Assembly: GCF_030144855.1 (NCBI RefSeq)
Contig: NC_082716.1
Span: forward strand, 52,576,001 to 52,640,000
Origin: Hypanus sabinus
Lineage: Eukaryota
DNA length: 64,000 nucleotides
Direction of reading: 5' to 3'
Made by a program: the position numbers and the translations under genes. The notes beneath the pieces were generated by a model. That model saw only the letters and a list, made by a program, of their open reading frames with translations, was not told where the DNA came from and made no database searches. Of this stretch, positions 12,761 through 25,263 are shown one piece after another; the first letter of the stretch is position 1, and the number at the start of each line of letters is the position of its first letter.

Positions 12761-14494
12761 AGGAATAACAATGCACATGAACTGCCATTGTTAAAGAGGG
12801 TGACTCACCACTACTTTCTTAAGGGCTATTTGGGATGGTTATTAAGTGGCCCAATTAGGAGAGCTCACATTCCAATATTTAAAGTAAAATATATAACATT
12901 TGAAAAGGAATTGCTTCAAAAGGTCAAATATTACAGGATAATGTTCAGAATCAGAAAAGCGAATAAAATAATCAGCTCCAACAATGATCTAGAATTAGAG
13001 CAAGTCTGAACAAAATACTTCCTTCATTAATGAAATGTCTACAATCCGATAATTTAGAAACGAAGTGGGATAGAACTAATTCTCAGACGGAGTTTAATGA
13101 TGCATGTCCACAAAATTTTATGTATTTGGGATGTTGGTATGGCTCAATGGCATGAATTATTGTCCATCCCCATGTGCCTTAAAAGATGTCATTTGCTCTC
13201 TTGAAACATTTGTGGTTTTCAGATTATTGATAGAGATGCTGAAATCAATCCTCCCAGTATTGATTCTCTAAGATTTAATAATAAACAGATCTATGTAAAT
13301 AAGATGATATTAACAAGAATATAATTACATCTAATTCAAAGTTTGCCTACTAGTTCTTAGTGCAATACCTGGGGTTAGTGAAAATCATGAGGCGTAACAT
13401 TATGTAACACATTACCCCAGATTTAGAAATATACCTTGCCAGAGGACTAGACACTCTGGATGCAGGAGGATGCTTCCTGATTTTGAGGAGCCTACAACAA
13501 GGGGTTACAGTCACAGGATACAGGGCAAGATAATTATAGAATAACTACAGCTCAGAAGGGCATTCACTCCATCAGGTCTACTCTAGCTCTCTATTCAACT
13601 AACTCACTAGGTTCACCTTGGCCTCTTCGATTGCCCTGAAAATTATTCCTCATGCTATAAAATAGAAAATTTCCCTCTGAAGGCCACAGTGGAACTTGTC
13701 CTCATCACAAATACAGGCAAAACATTCCAGATTCCAAGCACTCATTGCATAAAAACTCATGTCACAAAAAATTCTCTTCCCCCAACATTTCTGTGTCCTC
13801 TAATCCTCAAACCCTCCAAAACAGGAACAGCTTCCCATTGTCCGCTTCTGTCAATTGTCCTCAGTGCTCTCTCTTGCAAAGAAAGCTCTCCAATCTGCCC
13901 TTCAAGACTGAAGAGAGAACATTTTTTTTTCACTTAAGAGATTGGTGAATCTGTGGAATTTTCTACCACTGAAGATACTGAAGACCAAGTGAATGTATGT
14001 ATTTAAGAAAAAGGAAAATATCTTTTGGCACCAAAGGTGTGACGGGAGAATGCAGGAGTATAGAGGATCAGCCATACTGAAACTGAATGACAAAGCGGGC
14101 CTGAAAGAGCCAAACAGCCTACCTCTATGTCTTTTTACTTTGTCTCAAAGAAATTCAACTGGGAAGGTGATAATCTTCTTTTCCTAAACCAATGTTGAAG
14201 TTTGTTAATAATTCTTCTCCCTCAAGCACATCTTTAGCCAAAGGGCAGAACATTTCTTCAATCCACAAAAACAATCCTGGGATGAGGAAAATCAGAGGGG
14301 AATAGGGGTTTCAGGATAGCAAGATGGAAGGAGTGAAGGTAAACCTAATACAAACAATTCCTCTCCTCTCTGAGGACTTTACCACATACATCAGTCCCAG
14401 AGTCCACTGGTCACAAAAGGGCTCACGGATGCCATTAGTCAGTCTCACTCCCTCCCCCTCTCTCTCTCTCCATCACAGTAGGAAACATACAGAC

Positions 14495-17400
14495 CAGTTA
14501 TTTCTAACAGGGGTGGTACTGTCCCCAAAGTGGGCATTAGGGGAAAAAGAAGTCATCAGGGGCGTTGAAGATTCTTGAGGAAAGGTGAAAAGTGGCACCT
14601 CTAACTTCAGGCACAAGACCTGACCAACTGTTAGTAGAGTAGGCACTTCCAAAAAAAAAGGATGAGGCACTGCAACACAGGAAGAACTATAGCTCTGCAG
14701 GTGGATTTACACCCGTTGTCACAACACATCTGAAACACAGCAACCGCATCCAACTTTACCAACCAAATAGACATTATTGGGGATGCATAAGTTAGCAATC
14801 AGGGTGCCCAACAGTTCTCTTTGACTTGCAATATGGAACGAGTTCATACAATTTAACAGTTGTTAAGTCAGGTATGCCCTCTTAACTTTCTCTACAGAAA
14901 ACAGGTTGGACAACGATACAGTGCTGGCCAAACCAAACAGTAAAATAGAGTCAATCGGTGAACTTGCCTACCTGAAGTTTTTGGCACTGTGGTTGAACTT
15001 TTGCTCAAATTTGACAACTTGGGAAACAGGATTGAACTTCTATGTGGAGATGTGGCATACCTAGTCAATCTGTATGACAAAATGAACATTTTAAATACGA
15101 AACTGCAGGGTGAGAATTTCAATATAATTCAAGCAAAACATGCAGTGTCTACTTATATTGAAAAATTGGAAATATATAAGCAGAACATTGGGAGAAGAAT
15201 GTTCTCATAGTTTCCCTGCATGGAAAGAATGGCACTCTTTTTCACAGATGGTGATTTACAAGAGTACTGCTTATACCTATGGAGGTTGAAAATACTTCAA
15301 CTAAATGTAGGTGCTCTCCAAGGTAGTTCCTTTTGCTTAAACAGAATCTTCCAGAGACCAGCGTGGCTGACTGTATCAAAGGCCTTAGTCAGGTTAATGA
15401 ATGTCATGTACAGTCCTATGTTCTGTTTACAACACTTCTCCTGTATTTGCGCAGGATGAAGATCACGTCAGATGTGCCTCTGTTCCACACTGACTCTCTG
15501 AGGTTGCTTTCGGCGATGGTAGGGATGATTCTGTTCAAGAGACTTCTGGCAAGGATCTTCCTGGCAGTGGACAGCAGGGTAACACCTTTGTAGTTTGAAC
15601 AATCCAATTTCTTCCCTTTGATTCTGTACAGGGAGACAATTACAGCTTTGTGAAGGTCATTTGGGGGTGAGCCCTTCTCCCAACAAAGTGTGAACAGGTT
15701 TGTGAGCTCGCTTAGGAGAATGTCTCCACCCATTTGGTACACTTCTGCTGGGATCCCATCAGTGCCTGGGGGTCTTCAGCTGGGAAGTAGCAGCTTTGAC
15801 CTTGTCCAGAGTTGGCAGGCCATCAGCATAATCCTGACCTCATGCTGGGGAATCATTTCCATGGAAGCTTCTTGTATTTGATGATTACCCCCGATAAAGC
15901 TCTTGTAGTGCTCTGTCCATCACCTCATGATGACGTCCTTGCCTGTTAGCAGGCTGGAGCCACTGGATGAGCGTAAAGGGGCTTGAATCTGTCAAGTCAG
16001 ATGCCGCGATTTGTAGAAGGCTCAAGTGTTGCCATTGCCTGCATGGTGCTGCATTCGTTCTACTAGGGAAGTCCACCTATTGTGTTGCATCTGTCTGTTA
16101 GGCTTGGAGAGTGCAGCACACATCTGTATTCTGTCTCTGCCACCTTCTCGCCCAGAAAAAAACCATGCAAGAGCCCATCTCGACCTACTAATTGCAGCCG
16201 ACTGTGCTCTTATGCACACAGAGGATGTGCTATAGGCTGCAGTCACTCAGTTCACTGAGGCTGCAAGGGCTTTCGGGTTAACGATCAGTCTGAAGAAAAC
16301 AATGACCCTCATGGCATTTACAAACCCACCTAGGATCACCATTAACAACCATCCTCTCACCACGGTTGAGCAGTTCACTTACCTGGGGAGCATCATCTCC
16401 ATGACGCTATGGTAGTAGGGGATGTTGACAATGGACTTGCAAAGCGAGCAGTGCCTCGGGCACTCCCAGAAACGTGTGTGGAAGAGCCACCAGCTGCTTC
16501 TGTCCACAAAAATCCATGTGTACAGGGCTGCCATTGTCACAACACTGCTGTACGGCACCGAAGCCTGTGTCTTCTACTACAAGCAAATCCAGTTGCTCGA
16601 GTGCTTCCATCAACACAGCCTCCGCACCATTATGGTTATTAGCTAGCAGGATTGTGTCTCCAACGACGAGGTCCTGCAGAACCAAGCACTGAAGCCACTG
16701 TGTTGCTCAAGCAGTTCTGCTGGTCAGGCCCTGTGTCTCGCACGGACAACTCCAGGTTACCAAAAGCAGTACTCTACTGAGAGCTCTCTCAAGGCAAGAG
16801 ATCACGATGCCCCATTCAAGAGTTACAAAGACCAAATTAAACAGCAGCTTTCTCAGGAAAATAGCAAGGTCAACGTGTGACAGCGACTGGCTTGTGACAG
16901 ACACCACTGGAGAACACTGATCTACTAAGTAGCCAAGAATTCTAAGGAATCCAGAAGAGTGACTGTTGAAGAGAACAAGAGATGCAGGAAGGACTGTACT
17001 ACCTAAGTGCCTGCATCCCATCTGGTCCCGTGTCCCTAATGCTCCAGAGTCAGCAGATCCAGAATTGGCCTCTGTAGTCACCAACGATCATGCCGTCGTT
17101 CCTGAGGACTATTCTTCATTCCTGATCTTCGAAAGCAAAGAACCAGCCTTCATCATTGTTTACACCTACATTCACTGAAGAAGGATCTTCAGAATCAATT
17201 TTAATACAAGGATTCAAACAATCTGGAAATTCCAGACTGGGAAATGAACCCATTTCTTTGCAAGGTGGAAGAACAGGAAGAGAGCTTGCAAGAATAAATT
17301 ATCAAAATTCAGAATGATGAAAAAGAAAAAATGCTTTTCAAAAATGGCGGCTTTTGTGGTATGTGGCTTCACTGTCATATGAAATTTCCTGGTCTTTGAA

Positions 17401-17818
17401 GAAGAGCTAAACTGCTCTTCATTGCATTTCCATCCTCCTACCTTGTTGAAAGAGGCTTCAGTGCAGTGAACCACATACTCACAAAAACCACTTGGACATT
17501 GTTAAGGCTCATGCTGTCACAACTTGAACCAGATATTTCAACTCTTGCTAATTCAAACTCAAGGATCACATTGATACCGAAGTTGCCATTCAGTGCACAG
17601 GTCCTGTGTAAGCTAGGTTTAACAACAAATAAAAATTTAAAGCAGTATCATTTTTCTCCAGTTAGCATATGGTAGACATGTTTTTACATTATGGGGGCGC
17701 CAGAAAGTATATTGTACCTAAGAGAGGCATTATCAAGTATGAGTGTGCATTAGGGGGTATTGGCAAGAATCAATGTACTTTGGGGGACATTGGGCTAAAA
17801 ATGGTTGGGAAACATCTT
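14495..17818 (+). mobile_element. hAT (Charlie/Buster-type) DNA transposon fossil interrupted by an RTE LINE
   Basis: DVAYLVNLYDKMNILNTKLQG; dimerisation motif LFIAFPSSYLVERGFSAV near 17415-17468; end-like cagttatttctaacagggg ... aaaatggttgggaaaca. Confidence 0.75.
15281..17156. mobile_element. RTE-clade LINE with inverted 5' part (15281-16138 minus; 16139-17156 plus)
   Basis: Minus: DCSNYKGVTLLSTARKILAR, FINLTKAFDTV. Plus: LLIAADCAL, VYRAAIVTTLLYGTEA, catcat tail. Flanked by tgYttaYaccta direct repeats. Confidence 0.85.
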
Positions 17819-18670
17819 TACAGATTATTTGGATAAACAGATCCTTGGATGCCACTGTCAGGATCTGTTCATAGTCAACTTGGCCATACCTCATGAGGAG
17901 ATTTAAAATGAAAACAGAAAATCATGTAAGTACTCAGGAGGCCAAACAGCATCTGTGGAGGAATAAATAGTTTTAACATTTCAGATTAATGATTTTTATC
18001 AGAACAAGAATTAAATAGAAATCATATCTACTTTGTTACAGAGAAAGGTGAGGGGTGGAGAGAACAAAAGGAATATCTGTGGCAAGATTGGGTTGGGATG
18101 AGGGAAGACTGAAAGGTCCAGATTGAAGTGATGCCATGTTGAGAGCATGAAGAGATCCAAATGGAAGAAGATGATTAATAAAAATAAAAAAAAAAATAAT
18201 GCTGGAACTTGGATGTAAAATGGTTCTTTCTGAGAGTCTTCAAAAGTTTGATATCTGAGAAGGCAGAGTTGAAGGTTATACTCTAAGAATTGGACCTTGA
18301 CTAGGTAGTAGATGACATTCCTCAAAACTACACTGGGCTTTGATGAAAGCACACTCAAGGTACAAGACAAAGTGGAATGGAGAATTAAGGCAACAGGAAA
18401 TTGAGAAGTTGAGGTAAACTGTATGAATTGAATAAAAGAGTTCCGCGGTAACTCAGTCTGCATTTTCAGAAAGGGAAAATAAATGCTGTCTGCTCCGCAG
18501 GTTGGGCAGCAGCTCTGGAGAAAGAAACAGAGTCAATCTTTTGGATGGATGGTCCTGTCATTAGAGTGGTGTAGAGATAGAAACGGTGACAAGGTTATTT
18601 GAGGTACCCCTTGTATATGACTAGTGTACAGTACCCTGAAATTGATAGTCACATCATTCTATCCCAGTGA

Positions 18671-19975
18671 AACACACACAAAATGCTGGTATAGCTCAGC
18701 AGGTCAGGCAGCTTCTATGGAAATAAATAAACAGTTGATGTTTCAGGCCACGACCCTTCATCAGGACTGGAGAGGAAGGGGGAAGAAGCCAGAATAAGGT
18801 GGAGAGAGGAAGAGGAGTACAAGCTAGAAGGTGATAGGTGAAGCCAAGTGGGTTAATCGTGGCAGTACAGGAGGCCATGGACCAACATGTCAAAATGGAA
18901 ATGGGGATAGGTATTAAGTGGTTGGCCAACAGGAAATCTTGCTTTTTGTGAATGGAGCAAAGGTGCTCGACAAAGCAATCTATGCTGGGTGGGTCTCACC
19001 AATGAAGAGGAAGCTGCATCGAGACCACCAGATTTAGTAAATGACCCCAAAAATTCACAGGTGAAGTGTTGCCTCATCTGGGAGGACTGTTGGGGCCCTG
19101 AAAGGAGGTGAATAGGCAGGTGCAACATTTCGGCTTGCAGGGATAAATGCCAGGAGGAAAATTAGTGGTGGTGGGGTGGGGGTTTAGGGAACAAACGGAC
19201 AGGGGAATTACAGAGGGAGAAATTGCTGTGGTAAGTGGAGTCATTAGATAAAAATATACATTTGGTGGTAGGGTCCTGTTGAAGATAGTGAAAGTTGCAT
19301 AGAATGATATGCCGGATGCAGAGGCTCATGGGGTGGTAGGGAAGAACAAGAGGAATTCTATACCTGTTAAGGTGGCAGGATGATGGGGTGAGGGTGGGTC
19401 CAGGTAATAGAGGAGATGAGGGCAAGGGCGAGTCCAGGAAATGGAGGCGATGTGGGTGAGGGCAGCATCAACCATGGAGGACGGGAAACCCTGTTCTCTG
19501 AAGGAGGAGGACATGTCTGATATCTTGGAAAGCCTCATCCTGGGAAATGAAGTGGCAGAAACAAAGGAACTGAGAAAAGGGAATAGCAGTTTTACAGGAT
19601 ATAGATTGGGAAGAGGTATAATTATAACAGCCGTAGGAATTGGTAGGTTTATAAAAGACATCGGTAGATAGTTTGTCTCTAGTGACAGCAAGATCTAGAA
19701 AGGTGTCAGAAATGGACCGTGGATTTAAGGGCAAAATTGTTGAAATTGGCGCGTTCAGCAGGGGTGCAGGAAAGAGCACCAATGCAGTCGTCAACGTAGC
19801 GCAAAGAGCTGGGGAGCATTATCGGGGGAGGCCTGGAACATGGACCATTGCACCTCGTAGACAACTAGAAGGCGGCCATAGCTGGAGCCCATGACTTCAC
19901 CTTGAGTTTGGAGAAAGTGGGGGGAGCCTAAAAAGAAATTGTCGAGTGAGGACCAGACGGAGGAGGGTAACGGGT
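18671..19975 (-). mobile_element. Penelope-like element, 3' portion (RT thumb, GIY-YIG region, pLTR with hammerhead motif)
   Basis: KLSTDVFYKPTNSYGCYNYTSS..CKTAIPFSQFL; RIPLVLPYHP; QMRQHFTCE; terminal ccagcattttgtgtgtgt. Confidence 0.85.
18732..18769 (-). ncRNA. Minimal type I hammerhead ribozyme motif (CpG-decayed)
   Basis: Minus strand CAGUC-CUGAUGA-AGGGUCGUGGCCU-GAAA-CAUC-AACUG: intact core boxes, stem II and stem I. Confidence 0.65.
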
Positions 19976-19999
19976 AACAGAGCAGGTCAGTATTTCCCC

Positions 20000-20190
20000 C
20001 ACCTCAGCTCAGAGTGCAACGTTGCCATGGACTCCTCCATACCCGCCCTTCCCTCTCGTCACTTCCTGCATTTACTGGGCTGGAGTCCGGAACTTCCCGG
20101 GAATCCAGGAGGGCGAGTGAGATCGAACCGCTACTTGTTAAATCGGGTTTCTTTGGTAGCTTGCATCAGTGCTTGTGATCTCCGGCTGTG
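20000..20190 (+). promoter_or_regulatory. CPT2 CpG-island promoter/5'UTR
   Basis: CpG-rich; X-box-like gttgccatgg (20021), GC box cccgccc (20042), ETS-like cacttcctg and ccggaacttcccgg. Confidence 0.6.
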
Positions 20191-20408
20191 ATGGCTGCCT
20201 TACGACTTTCGCCTGCGGTCAGCAGGCTGAGCGAACTGGGGTGGGTAGCGTCTCCGGCCGGGCAGTGCCGAGCCCGGGTCGGCATCACAGTGCGGGCTCC
20301 GGTCGGCGGCGGCGGATGTGTGCAGCGGGCGAGCAGCTGCAGCCCCGACCCCGACTATCTGCACGAAAGCATCGTCCCCACCAACCACTTCCAGAAGAGC
20401 CTCCCGCG
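20191..20408 (+). CDS. CPT2: Carnitine palmitoyltransferase 2, exon 1 (mitochondrial presequence)
   Basis: MAALRLSPAVSRL...DYLHESIVPTNHFQKSLP(R); donor GTTAGT, phase 2. Confidence 0.92.
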
Positions 20409-21234
20409 GTTAGTGTCAGTTCCCTCCCGTGCCTTGGTGCAGGTTTTTTTTTGCTTAGTGGACTGCTGGGTGAAAGGGCAACTTGCAAAACACCCGAGCT
20501 TTTGAACTGCGCGTTTGTTGCACTTTGAACGGGTTTTGGAGTGAAAGTTGCTGGAAAACATTACCCAAGTTGTGAAAGCTTCATTTTCACCGAGTTGTTA
20601 CAGTTTGCCTGTATCATTTGTATCCCGAAGCTCCTGACTATAATCTGCAAGGTTAGGCAAATATACTATTGCTGCTGTAAGCTGGTTACAATTATGAATC
20701 CGCTTAAAATAAGTTTGCAGGGAATAAATGGGTCTTTTGCACACTGCTTTCCCGTGGCCAGGAATTGGTGTTTGTGACCAAGCTATATGCAATACACATC
20801 AATGACCGAGAAGCCCAAATATTTTATTTCCTAGCTTTCTAGTGCTACAAAAGTAGATATAAATAAAGGAGAAGGCTGCAAAGAGATTTCAATTTGGATA
20901 TTTTGCAAAGTGAATGAGAACATGGAAATAGAATATTAGAAAATTGTGAGTCATGGACTTCAAAATGTCCTAACCATGATGGAAAATTTAAGAAATTTTG
21001 AGGTATAAACGAAGGTGCATGCAGTTAAAAACAAATGTACAGGTGCAGCAAGGAAATGGGAAGAGAAATGATAGTTCACCTTTATTACTTACATTTATGG
21101 AGAACTGACAGGGCAAATTGATCACATGGTAGACAGAAAAAAGATTCAAAAACTCTCAGAACATCCCTCTAAAAACTTTAAGCATTGAGGCATACCACTG
21201 GGAACAACAAGCATTGGATCTTCCTGTTTGGCAT

Positions 21235-23790
21235 AAGACATAAGAGCAGAATTAGGCCATTTGGCCCTTCATGTCTGTTCCATCACTCCATTATGGCTGA
21301 TATATTCTCCCTCTCAACCCCCGCCTTCTCTCTGTAGTCTGACACTCGTTCTACTGGAGAACTTATCAACCTTCGCTTTAAATATGCCCAAAAACTTGGC
21401 CCTCACAGCCGTCTGTGGCAATGAATTCCATAGATTTATCACTGAATTGAATTGACTTACATCCTTCATATACTACTCTTTACATTACGTCTGTCTAAGT
21501 GTGCAATTTATAGTAATTTGTAATAAATAGTATGTAGAACAGGATGACATAGAAATACTGTTGCATCAGCATGAATTAATCAGTCTGATGGCCTGGTGGA
21601 AGAAGCTGTCCTGGACCCTGTTGCTCCTGGCTTTAATGCTGTGGTACTGTTTCCTGGATGGTAGCTGCTGGAACAGTTTGTGGTTGGGGTGACTCGGGTC
21701 CCCAATGATCCTTCAGCCCCTTTTTACACACCTGTCTTTGTAAATGACCTGAATAATGGGAAGTTCACATCTACAAATGCTCTGGGCTGTCTGCACCACT
21801 CTCTACAGAGTCCTGCAATTGACTTAAGTACAGTTCCCATACCAGACAGTGATGCAGCCAGTCAGGATGCTCTGAGTTGTGCCCCTGTAGAAAGTTATTA
21901 GGTTTTGGGGGCCCATACCAAACTTCTTCAACTGTCAGAGGTGAAAGAGGCATTATTGTGCCTTCTTCACCACACACCTGGTATGTACAGACCATGTGAG
22001 GCCTCAGTGATGTTTGTCTCAAGGACCTTAAAAGTTGTTCACACTCTCAGCCCCAGATCCATTGATGTCAATAGGGGTTAACCTGTCTCCATTCCTCCTC
22101 TAATCCACAACCAGCTCCTTTGTTTTTGCGACATTGAGGAAGAGGTTGTTTTCCTGACACCACTGTGTCAGGGTGATGACTTCTTCCCTGTAGGCTGCCT
22201 CATTATTATTTGAGATTAGACTAATCAGTATAGTGTTGACAGCAAATTTAATTAGCAGATTGGAGCTGTGGGTGGCGGCACAGTCATGGATATACAAAGT
22301 AAAAGGGGGGGGGCTTCGTACACAGCCCTGAGGGGCACCCGTGTTGTCAGGGGGCAGAGGTGAGGGACCCCCCTCTTACAATTTGCTGGTGATCTGACAG
22401 GAAGTCCAAAATCCAGCTACACAAGGCAGGGTGAAGGGTGAAGTCTGAGCTTCTTGTATCCAAGAACAGCATTCTCACGTAAGCATCCTTCTTCTCCAGG
22501 TGTGTAAGGACGGTATTTAGAGCTGAGGCTATTGTGTCATCTGTTGATTGGTTGTGTCAGTAGGCGAATTGTAGGGGGTCCAGTGTGGGTGATAGCAAGC
22601 TGCAGATGTAATCCTTGACCAACCTCTCAAAGCATTAAATTACTATTCAGTTGTGTGCGACAAGATGCCAGTCGCTTAGACGTGTTACCTTGGTCTTTTT
22701 AGGCACTGGAGCAATGATGGATGTTTTGAAGCAGGAAGGCACTGTACTCTGGGAGAGAGTCTGTAATTGTCTGTAAACTCATCTGTCAGTTGTCCTGCAC
22801 ACAGTCTGAGTACCCAGCCTGGGATGCCGTCCCGTCCCGCAGCTTTGTGACTGTCCACTCGTTGGAAACACCTGTGTACTTCAGTCTTGCGATAACCAAG
22901 ATGCAGGTTGCAACAACGGCTCATACGTGTTGACAACTTCAAATCGAGCGTAAGAGAAAAAAACAATTTAGCTCATCTGGCAGACACACCTGCCAGTTGT
23001 GCCAGGCATCACCTTCTGGCTAAAGATATTCATCTTTGTTCGAAAGAGACGTCCTTGTAATCTGAGGCCTTGCCCTCTGGTCCTAGACCTCCCACTGTAA
23101 GAACCATCTTCTCCATGTCCACTCTATGTAGGCCTTTCGGTATTCAATAGGTTTCAATGAGATCTCCCACATTCTTCTAAACTGCAATGAGTACAGACCC
23201 ATGTTAACCCTTTCATTCCCCAGATCTTTCTTATGAACATCATCAGGACCCCCTCCAATGCCAACACATGCTTTCTTAGAAAAGGAGCCATAAACTGCAC
23301 ACAGAACTCCAAGTCTGGTCTGACCAATGTCTTATAAAGCTTCAGCATTAGATCCTTGCTTTCATATTCTAGTCCTCTTGAAATTAATGCAAACATTGAA
23401 TTTTGCCTTCCTTACTGCTGACTCAACCTGAATGTTAGCCTTTAGGGGATCCTGTACAAGGGGCTCCCAAGTTCCTTTACACCTCTGATTTCTGAATTTT
23501 CTCCCCATTTATTTTAAAAAAAAAGTCTACACCTTTATTCTTTCCACCGGAGTGCATGACCATACACTTCTCTACACTATATTCCATCTGCCATGTCTTT
23601 GCCCATTGGCCCAATTTGTCCAAGTCCTTCTGTGGACGCCCTGATTCTTTAACACTCCTGTCACTCCACCTCTCTTCTTATCATCTGCAAACCTGGTCAT
23701 AAAGCCTTCAATTCTGTCACCTAAAATAACATGAAAGAACCACCCCCAACACCGAACAGTGCAGAACACCACTAGTCACTGGCAGCATGC
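21235..23790 (-). mobile_element. CR1 LINE 3' part (21235-21442 and 23008-23790) split by a Rex1 insertion
   Basis: Tail cataagacataagagcagaattaggcc; LYKTLVRPDLEFCVQF and FADDK on minus; sequence continues across the atcac duplication. Confidence 0.8.
21443..23007 (-). mobile_element. Rex1/Babar LINE nested in CR1, same subfamily as 11452-12760
   Basis: RVDSHKAAGRDGIPGWVLR, LIKFAVNTIL..YREEVITLTQWCQENNL; flanking atcac repeats. Confidence 0.88.
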
Positions 23791-24587
23791 CTACATAAAG
23801 TGATCTCATTGAGATTTACAAAATCCACACTGAGCTAGATAAGCTTATTGCAGGAGGATTGTTTTCCTAGGTTGAGGTATCCAGAAATTAAGCACAACCT
23901 CAAAACAAGGTAATTCGCGATGAGGTAAAATTTCCTCACTCAGAAATTCCTTCTCTTCTCCACATCTCAGGAGGGCTATGGACGTTTCGTTTGATAGATT
24001 TCTGGACATGAAGTGAATTAAAAACAATGGAGGTAGTACCATTTTCCAGCATTGAAGTGGAAGATCAGCATTGAATGGTGGAGCAGATTTGAAGGGCTAG
24101 ATGCTTCTCCTCCTAATTCTGATGTTCTTGTATTTGCTGGCTTCACAAATTCCACTAGAATTTTGAATTTTCATAGGATTGTTATGTTTATCTGAAAATG
24201 AGATTAGTATTAATAGATTGCTCAGACCATCACTGGAGTGTGGAATGGTTTCCATACGTTTTATTATTGATTGTTTTTTTGCATGTATGGTATAGGTACA
24301 TACTCAACTCCTTGCTGGTCTTAGAAGTTTTTTACTTGTACTTGCTATAACAGCCTGTAACACTCAGAACACACCCTCATTCCTTTCCTGAGCCAAGAGT
24401 TCCTTGATAATGATGTTGACTGCCCAATGCTATGATCCTTCCTCAGAATTATTAAAGTGGATGTCATGTGATGAAATCTTCAGGTAGGAGCAATTCCCAG
24501 TGGCCATCATTGGATATCAAAATGGTGTTTTGCCGTTATTGCCTGTTTGAACTGGGGAAAAAATAACAAATTGAGTGTGACCCAATC

Positions 24588-24798
24588 ACAAACAAGAGAA
24601 AAACTGCAGGTGCTGGAAAGCCAAGTAGCACACAAAATGCTGGAGGAACTCAGCAAGCCACACAGCATCTATGGATAAAAGTACAGTTTACGTTTTGGGA
24701 CAAAACCCTTCGGCAGGACTCACTCGGCACAAAACAACTGTACTCTTTTCCATAGATGCTGCCTGGACTGCTAAGTTCCTCCAGCATTTTGTGTGTGT
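24588..24798. mobile_element. Palindromic Penelope-pLTR-derived short element
   Basis: Arms cacacaaaatgctggaggaactcagca...catctatgga / tccatagatgctg...gttcctccagcattttgtgtg; decayed hammerhead in the centre. Confidence 0.75.
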
Positions 24799-25182
24799 AA
24801 ATTGGATATGAGTTTTAAATTGAACTTCAAGCGATATAAATCATTTTGAAGAAATCTTTGTAATGATCATAATGTCAGGTGTTGACATAATAATTCTTTA
24901 ACTGAAGATTGTTATGGTGACAAATGCTTCATAAAAGTCTCACATCATAATAATCTCCCCAGTGCATCAAGCTATGGCTTTGATGCCAAGCAACACTTTG
25001 TATAATATATAAGCCTACAGGACCTTCACACTATACTGAGTATTAATAAGTGATATTTTATACAGCAGTATAAATGAAAATTGAAAATTATGTACATTAT
25101 ATTTCAATTTGAAAACTAATTACCCTGCAGCTTTAGGCTGTGTTCCTGAGCTACTTCCTAATTTACTATCTTTATCCCAAAG

Positions 25183-25263
25183 ATTACCTGTTCCAAAGCT
25201 GCAGGATACAGTCCGCCGTTACCTGAATGCACAGAGACCACTTTTAGATAATGACCAATATAG
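25183..25263 (+). CDS. CPT2: CPT2 exon 2
   Basis: ag|[29 protein letters not shown]|gtaagt, 81 nt. Confidence 0.95.

Noticed and set aside
20169-20528. Overlapping ORFs in the CPT2 CpG island
   Set aside because: GC-rich stop-poor sequence with no recognisable homology; the ORFs run through the splice donor.
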